Shown one piece after another: positions 58,289-64,000 of a DNA stretch of 64,000 bases. Both the position numbers and the translations under genes were made by a program. The notes under the pieces are model-generated. The model had not been told where the DNA came from and ran no database searches. It saw nothing but the letters and a program-made list of their open reading frames with translations. Location of the stretch: assembly GCA_029243485.1 (NCBI GenBank), contig JAQWRY010000088.1:299212-363211 (forward strand), in the 5' to 3' direction. This DNA is from Candidatus Binatia bacterium. GTDB taxonomy: Bacteria; Desulfobacterota; Binatia; UBA12015. How positions within the stretch are numbered: position 1 is the first letter of the stretch; every line of letters begins with the position of its first letter.

Positions 58289-60865
58289 ATGAGTGTTCAG
58301 CGAGGCAGCCTCGACTCCGCCAAGCAGGCTCTGGTGCGCCCAGTGGCCGGGGATCCAGCCCGGCTCGTGCGGGTCTTTCGCGCCCTGCAGGAACTCGGAG
58401 TCAGTGGGCACGGCGACCTCGCAGAGCAGCTTCACGACGTGCTCGTCATCGGATGTCGAGAGTTCGATCTGCCCGTCGGGGTGTTGCTCAAGATCCGTGG
58501 GACGACGGCGTCGGTTCTCGGTGCGGTGACCCCGGACGATTTCATCGTCAGCTACTCGGCGTTCCCGCTCGCCGATAGCTACTGCGGCGCGATCGTGGAG
58601 GCGGGTGCTCTGGTCGGCTTCCCGGACACGGCTCAGGCGGTTTTTCCGACGTGGCCCAGTGATCCGGTTCTCCACCTCGAGTCGTACATCGGTGTGCCGG
58701 TTCGGGTGGCAGGTGAGGTGTACGGCGTCGTCAGCTTCGGTGGCCCGGAGCTTCGGAAGGAACCCTTCTCTGCGGAGGAGAAGGAGATTCTCGAAGCACT
58801 CGCCAAGCATCTCGAGGTCGTCCTCGGTGGTCAGGAGTACTTCGCGCAGGCCGTGACGGCGCTCAACGAAATATCGAGCGCGCCGATCGAGAGCCTCTTC
58901 GAGGCGCTCGCGATCAAGGCTGCCGAGCTTCTCGATGTCGAATACGTGCTCGTTTGCGAGCTTGACGGTCACGGGAAGGATCAGCTCAAGACGCGTGCCT
59001 ATTTTGGCAACGGCACGATCCACTCGACGTACGAGCATACGCTCGCGGGGACGCCGTGCGCCGAGGTGATCGCGCACGGTGGGTTCCATTGTGCAGAGGG
59101 GGTCCGGGGTGCTTTCCCCGACGATCATGACCTCGTGACGCTGGGTGCCGAGAGCTATCTGGGTGCGGCGATTAAAAACAGCGAGGGCGTGACCGTCGGC
59201 CAGATCGCGACTCTGAGCACTTCGGTTATGCCGGCTTCGTCGCGCAGGGATCTCCTGATCGGGCTCCTCGCCTCGCGTGCCAGTGGTGGGTTCGAACGGG
59301 CGCGGATGGAACGCGAGCTCAAGGAACAGAGAGAGCTCTTCGAGCTCGCGTCGGAGGCCGGTCACATCGGTCTTTGGGACATGGATCTGATTTCACGGAC
59401 CCTCCGGATCGACGCGACCGCGCGGGATATGCTCGGCATCGACGAGAATTGCCCCGACGCGCTGCAGGCATGGCGCGACGCGATCCATCCCGCCGACCGT
59501 GAGGAAGTTGGGGAGGTCATCGGCGCACACATCCGGGGCGAGACGGAAGCCTTTCTGGTCGAGCACCGGGTCGAGCGCAAAGACGGCACGACGCGGTGGG
59601 TTCTCGTCCGCGGGCGTGCGGTTCGCGACACAGCCGGCCGCGCCATCCGGACCGTGAGCACCGGCTTCGACATTACGGACAAGAAGGATCTCGAGGGCGA
59701 GCGTCAGCGGCTGGAAGCGAAGGTCCAGCAGGCCCAGCAGCTGGAAAGTGTGGGCGTCCTCGCCGGCGGTCTCACCCACGACTTCAACAATCTGCTGATG
59801 GGTGTCCTCGGGAACGCGGGCCTCGCCCGGCGCTCGGTTCAGCGCGGTTCTACGATCGACCAGAAGATCGCCGAGATCGAGATCGCGGCCCAGCGAGCCG
59901 CGGAGCTCACCAATCAGATGCTCGCGTACTCGGGCCGAGCACGCTTCACCGCTGACTCATTTGATCTGAACGGACTCGTCGAAGAGATGGCGCGGCTCCT
60001 GCGGACGGTCGTGTCGAAGAAGGCCGCGTTGTCGCTTCAGCTGGGGAACGAATTGCTGCCGATCGAAGCGGACGCGGCGCAGGTACGGCAGGTCGTGATG
60101 AACCTCATCACGAATGCCTCGGACTCCCTCGCCGATCAGCCGGGTGCCGTCACAATGGCGACCGGCATGAGGCACTTTGATCCGCACTTTCTCTCCGGCG
60201 TCGTTCCGGACGCCGATCTGACCGAAGGCCAGTACGCGTATCTCGAAGTGGTCGACACCGGTGTCGGCATGGACGACGACACGCTCGGGCGCATTTTCGA
60301 TCCGTTCTTCACGACGAAGTTCACGGGACGTGGGCTCGGGCTCGCCGCGGTGCTCGGCATCATGCGAAGCCACGGCGGCGGAATCCGGGTGCAGAGCGCT
60401 CCGGGTGAGGGCACGCGCGCCACTGTGATCTTCCCCCCGTCGGAAGCCGAGGAGTCGATGCTCGAGGACGATCCCGGCGTCGACGACGACGCGTGGGAGG
60501 GGCAGGGCGCTGTCCTCGTCGTGGACGACGAGGAGCTCGTCCGGAACCTCATGGTCACCATCCTCGAGGACGCGGGGTTCGAGGTTCTGACCGCGAACGA
60601 CGGCGTCGAGGCGTTGGAAGTCTTCGAGGCCAACTCCGACCGAATTCGGCTCATCCTGCTCGACATGATGATGCCGCGGATGAACGGGGAGGAGGTCTAC
60701 ACCGAGATTCGAGCCAAGAATCCCGAGACCTCGATCATCCTGATGAGTGGTTTCTCCGAAGAGCAGGCCACCCGCGGCATTCTGGGCGACGACGCCAAGT
60801 TCCTGAAGAAGCCGTTCCAGATCAACGCGCTCCTGGACACGATCCAGAGGATCCTCGACTCCTAG
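58289..60865 (+). CDS. Cytoplasmic hybrid histidine kinase (GAF-GAF-PAS-HisKA-HATPase-REC)
   Basis: ESYIGVP / GTPC..V / IHPADR PAS; HDFNNLL, NLITNA, FFTTKFTGRGLGL; REC VVDDE, LLDMMMP, FLKKP. Confidence 0.94.
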   Translation: MSVQRGSLDSAKQALVRPVAGDPARLVRVFRALQELGVSGHGDLAEQLHDVLVIGCREFDLPVGVLLKIRGTTASVLGAVTPDDFIVSYSAFPLADSYCGAIVEAGALVGFPDTAQAVFPTWPSDPVLHLESYIGVPVRVAGEVYGVVSFGGPELRKEPFSAEEKEILEALAKHLEVVLGGQEYFAQAVTALNEISSAPIESLFEALAIKAAELLDVEYVLVCELDGHGKDQLKTRAYFGNGTIHSTYEHTLAGTPCAEVIAHGGFHCAEGVRGAFPDDHDLVTLGAESYLGAAIKNSEGVTVGQIATLSTSVMPASSRRDLLIGLLASRASGGFERARMERELKEQRELFELASEAGHIGLWDMDLISRTLRIDATARDMLGIDENCPDALQAWRDAIHPADREEVGEVIGAHIRGETEAFLVEHRVERKDGTTRWVLVRGRAVRDTAGRAIRTVSTGFDITDKKDLEGERQRLEAKVQQAQQLESVGVLAGGLTHDFNNLLMGVLGNAGLARRSVQRGSTIDQKIAEIEIAAQRAAELTNQMLAYSGRARFTADSFDLNGLVEEMARLLRTVVSKKAALSLQLGNELLPIEADAAQVRQVVMNLITNASDSLADQPGAVTMATGMRHFDPHFLSGVVPDADLTEGQYAYLEVVDTGVGMDDDTLGRIFDPFFTTKFTGRGLGLAAVLGIMRSHGGGIRVQSAPGEGTRATVIFPPSEAEESMLEDDPGVDDDAWEGQGAVLVVDDEELVRNLMVTILEDAGFEVLTANDGVEALEVFEANSDRIRLILLDMMMPRMNGEEVYTEIRAKNPETSIILMSGFSEEQATRGILGDDAKFLKKPFQINALLDTIQRILDS

Positions 60866-60965
60866 GGCGTTGTACTAGGACCCGGCAGCGACTCCCGCGC
60901 CCCGATCGTGCACATCAGACCGGGTCTCGGTGCCCGGCCGGACGCGTTGCGGGGCGGGGGGCGTC

Positions 60966-62384
60966 CTACACGTGGAGAGCGCGTCCGTCGACGGCCAGGG
61001 CTGCTTCCCTCAGTGCTTCGGGGAGCGTGGGGTGCGCGTGCACCGATCGCGCGATGTCTTCAGCCGACGCTCCGAACTCCATCGCGACGGTGGCCTCCGC
61101 GATCAGGCCGGAGGCCCCCGCTCCGACGATGTGGACGCCGAGAATCCGGTCGGTCCTGGCGTCGGCGAGGATCTTCACCGCTCCATCCGTCTCGCCCATC
61201 GTGCGCGCGCGGCCGTTGCCCGCAAACGGGAAGCGGCCGATCCGCACCTCGACGCCGGCGTCGCGCAGTTGCTCTTCGGTCTTGCCGACGCCCGCGAACT
61301 CGGGGTGCGTGTAGACCACGGCGGGAATCGTGTCGTAATTGAGGTGCCCGGCCTTACCGGCGAGGAGTTCAACGCAGGCCACGCCTTCGTCTTCGGCCTT
61401 GTGGGCCAACATGGGTCCGGGGATGACGTCGCCGATCGCGTATACGCCGGGGACGTTCGTTGCGTAGTGGTCGTCGACCGGGATGCGGCCACGGTCGTCG
61501 AGGGCGACGCCGATGTCTTCGAGGCCGAGCCCGGCTGCGTAGGCTCGGCGGCCGACGGCGACCAGGACGACGTCTCCCTGAAGTTCGGATGCGACGCCTT
61601 CCTTGTCGGTGATCTCCAGCGTCACGCCGGCGCCCTTGGTCGTTGCGGACTCCACTTTGGTTCCGAAGTGGAAGGAGATGCCCTGCTTGGTGAGCGACCG
61701 TTGAAGGAGGCCGGCCATCTCGACGTCCATCCCGGGCGTTATGCCCGAGGTGAGTTCGACGACGGTCACTTTGGATCCGAGGCGTCGCCACACCGAGCCG
61801 AGTTCCAATCCGATTGCGCCGGCGCCGACCACCAGGAGGTGCTCGGGCGGGCTCTCCAGGGTGAGGCCTCGGGTGGAGTCGATGACGCGTTCGCCGTCGA
61901 ACTTCAGACTCGGCAGCTCGATGGGTACGCTTCCGCTCGCGAGCAGGATGCTCTTAGCGACGAGCGTCTTGCCGGCGTCGTCCCCGTCTTCGATCGCGAC
62001 CTGGTTCGGACCGGAGAGCCGCGCCCGGCCCTTCACGTGCGTGACGCCGTTCTTCTTGAACAAGCCGGCGATGCCGCGCGTGAGGATCGTCACGACCTTG
62101 TCCTTGCGCTTCATCATCGCGGGGAGATCGAGCGAAACCTCGCCGATCTGGATACCATGCTCCTTCATGCCCCGGGAGGTCTCGTCGAAGAGGTGGCTCG
62201 AATGCAGGAGCGCCTTGCTGGGAATGCAGCCGACGTTCAAGCAGGTCCCGCCGAGCGATTTTTCCTTCTCGGCGCAGGCGACGCGCATCCCGAGCTGAGC
62301 GGCGCGGATGGCGGCAACGTAGCCCCCGGGCCCGGCGCCGACGACCACGAGGTCGAACTCTTCGTTGTTGGACATGGAACTCAC
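60966..62384 (-). CDS. lpdA: Dihydrolipoyl dehydrogenase (E3)
   Basis: [33 protein letters not shown]; start GTG 62384 or ATG 62375. Confidence 0.97.
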   Translation of the reverse strand: MSSMSNNEEFDLVVVGAGPGGYVAAIRAAQLGMRVACAEKEKSLGGTCLNVGCIPSKALLHSSHLFDETSRGMKEHGIQIGEVSLDLPAMMKRKDKVVTILTRGIAGLFKKNGVTHVKGRARLSGPNQVAIEDGDDAGKTLVAKSILLASGSVPIELPSLKFDGERVIDSTRGLTLESPPEHLLVVGAGAIGLELGSVWRRLGSKVTVVELTSGITPGMDVEMAGLLQRSLTKQGISFHFGTKVESATTKGAGVTLEITDKEGVASELQGDVVLVAVGRRAYAAGLGLEDIGVALDDRGRIPVDDHYATNVPGVYAIGDVIPGPMLAHKAEDEGVACVELLAGKAGHLNYDTIPAVVYTHPEFAGVGKTEEQLRDAGVEVRIGRFPFAGNGRARTMGETDGAVKILADARTDRILGVHIVGAGASGLIAEATVAMEFGASAEDIARSVHAHPTLPEALREAALAVDGRALHV

Positions 62385-63649
62385 AGACTGAGGAGAAGGC
62401 GAGCCGGATCTTCCAGCGCCTCTTTCACTCGGATGAGGAAGGTGACCGCCCCCTGGCCATCGACGATGCGATGGTCGTAGGAGAGGGCGAGATACATCAT
62501 CGGGCGAATCACGATCTGGTCGTCGACCACGATCGGGCGCTTCTCGATCTTGTGCATCCCGAGGATACCGCTCTGCGGAGGGGTGAGGATCGGTGTGGAC
62601 AGGAGCGATCCGTAGACGCCGCCGTTCGAGATCGTGAACGTCGCGCCCGAAAGATTTTCGATGGAAAGACGGTTGTCGCGCGCGAGGCCGGCGAGTCGAC
62701 CGATCTCCTGCTCGACGCCGGCAAACGAGAGATCATCCACGTTCCGGACGACCGGAACCACCAGGCCTCGCTCGGTGCCGACGGCGACGCCCATGTGGAC
62801 GTGCTTTCGATACACCAGGTCGGTGCCGTCGATCTGGGCGTTCAGCTCCGGTACCTCGGCCGCGGCGGCGCAGCAGGCTTTCACAAAGAAGGACATGAAG
62901 CCGAGACTCACGCCGTGCTTGGCCTTGAAGTCGTCTTTGTACTGCTTGCGCAGGCTCATGACCGAGGTCATGTCGACCTCGTTGAACGTCGTGAGGATCG
63001 CCGCGACGTGCTGCGCCTCGACGAGTCGCTTCGCGATGACCTGCCGAAGGCGACTCATGGGGACGCGTTCTTCGTCCGGGCCGGCTGGTGTTGTGGGGGT
63101 CGCGGCGGCCTGGCGTGCGACGGGCGCTGGCGCTGCCTTCGCGAGCGGTGCCGGTTTCGGCTCGGCGCCCGGCTTCGTGGCGGCCTCGAGAACGTCGCCC
63201 TTGGTGATGCGCCCCCCCGGCCCCGTGCCTTTGACGGTGCTCGGGTCGATCTTCTCCTCGACGACGATCCGGCGTACGGCGGGGCTCAGCGGTTTGGTAG
63301 GGCTCTCCGAGGCGGGCGCCGCTTCGGGTTCGGTGGCTGCTTCGCGTGTCGGTGCTGCCTCGGCTTCCGGCACCGCCTCCACCTTGGCGGGCGTCGGTGC
63401 AGCAGCGCTACTCGCTCCTTCCTCGATGGTGGCGACGACGTCGCCCACCGAGACGACCTCGCCCTCTGGGCGGAGGAGCTTCAGCGTGCCGGCGCACTCG
63501 GCGACCAACTCCATGTTGGCCTTGTCGCTCTCGAGTTCGAGGATGGGCTCGTCCATGGCAACGGCGTCGCCGTCCTTGCGCATCCACGTCCCGATGGTGG
63601 CTTCGGTGACAGACTCACCAAGCGATGGGATCTTTACTTCGAACGGCAT
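62381..63649 (-). CDS. sucB: 2-oxoglutarate dehydrogenase E2 (dihydrolipoyl succinyltransferase)
   Basis: Lipoyl ESDKA, E3-binding [27 protein letters not shown]; start ATG 63649. Confidence 0.96.
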   Translation of the reverse strand: MPFEVKIPSLGESVTEATIGTWMRKDGDAVAMDEPILELESDKANMELVAECAGTLKLLRPEGEVVSVGDVVATIEEGASSAAAPTPAKVEAVPEAEAAPTREAATEPEAAPASESPTKPLSPAVRRIVVEEKIDPSTVKGTGPGGRITKGDVLEAATKPGAEPKPAPLAKAAPAPVARQAAATPTTPAGPDEERVPMSRLRQVIAKRLVEAQHVAAILTTFNEVDMTSVMSLRKQYKDDFKAKHGVSLGFMSFFVKACCAAAAEVPELNAQIDGTDLVYRKHVHMGVAVGTERGLVVPVVRNVDDLSFAGVEQEIGRLAGLARDNRLSIENLSGATFTISNGGVYGSLLSTPILTPPQSGILGMHKIEKRPIVVDDQIVIRPMMYLALSYDHRIVDGQGAVTFLIRVKEALEDPARLLLSL

Positions 63650-64000
63650 CAACTGCCTCCGGCTTCGGCTCGCTTGGGTGTTTTCGTACCGGCTTGTGCG
63701 CGCTTCTTGCGCGCCGGCTCGAGGCGGGCGGGGGTGGGTGGGCCGTCGAAGATGGATGCGACGAGCGCGTTCTGCTCCCGCACATGGACGGCATAGGATC
63801 CCGCGGCCGGGCTCGCCGCGTCGTCGCGGCCGGCATACCGTAGCGGTCGCCCGTCTAAGACGGAGGGGAGCTTTTGTGAAATGTACCACCACGCGCCCAT
63901 GTTGATCGGCTCGTCCTGCACCCAGACGATGTCGTTCGCGTTCGGATAGCGATCCAGTGCCTTGCGGATCTCGGTCTCGGGCAGCGGGTAGAGCTCCTCG
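63649..64000 (-). CDS. sucA: 2-oxoglutarate dehydrogenase E1, C-terminal part (runs off the window)
   Basis: ELYP.P...[12 protein letters not shown]...YAGR...ASPAAG; directly upstream of sucB. Confidence 0.92.
   Translation of the reverse strand, partial: EELYPLPETEIRKALDRYPNANDIVWVQDEPINMGAWWYISQKLPSVLDGRPLRYAGRDDAASPAAGSYAVHVREQNALVASIFDGPPTPARLEPARKKRAQAGTKTPKRAEAGGS

Noticed and set aside
60866-60968. Weak inverted repeat (TAGGAC...GTCCTA) between the kinase and lpdA
   Set aside because: Pairing is too poor to call a MITE or terminator
1-64000. CRISPR arrays, tRNA/rRNA genes, intact transposases or integrases, prophage genes
   Set aside because: No regularly spaced direct repeats, cloverleaf-like sequences or such protein motifs were found by eye

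Overview
GC-rich bacterial chromosome segment. Protein style (Cys-rich secreted modules, an SSSGAFL C-terminus, many sulfatase-like proteins) suggests a Binatia/deltaproteobacteria-like lineage, but this is inference only. It carries housekeeping genes (pgi, leuCD, fumC, sucA'-sucB-lpdA, dtd, aat, gmhB, sixA), lipid/xenobiotic catabolic enzymes, two chloride transporters (ClC, SLC12/CCC) and signalling proteins. No rRNA, tRNA, CRISPR array or intact transposase was seen. Most notable: (i) an operon of a DUF2868-like membrane protein, a DUF3482-like GTPase and a dynamin-like GTPase, a candidate membrane-remodelling or defence system; (ii) a lipoprotein fusing a CX4CH haem-c-like domain to a PHM/DbH-type copper monooxygenase domain; (iii) a perfect 51-bp palindrome that supplies the last codons and stops of two convergent genes; (iv) a 166-bp hairpin-forming MITE-like element; (v) a PadR-ABC-cytochrome P450 islet; (vi) about 13 gene relics, many of exported proteins, several of which keep both ends but have lost internal blocks. 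All family assignments are from motif recognition, not database searches.
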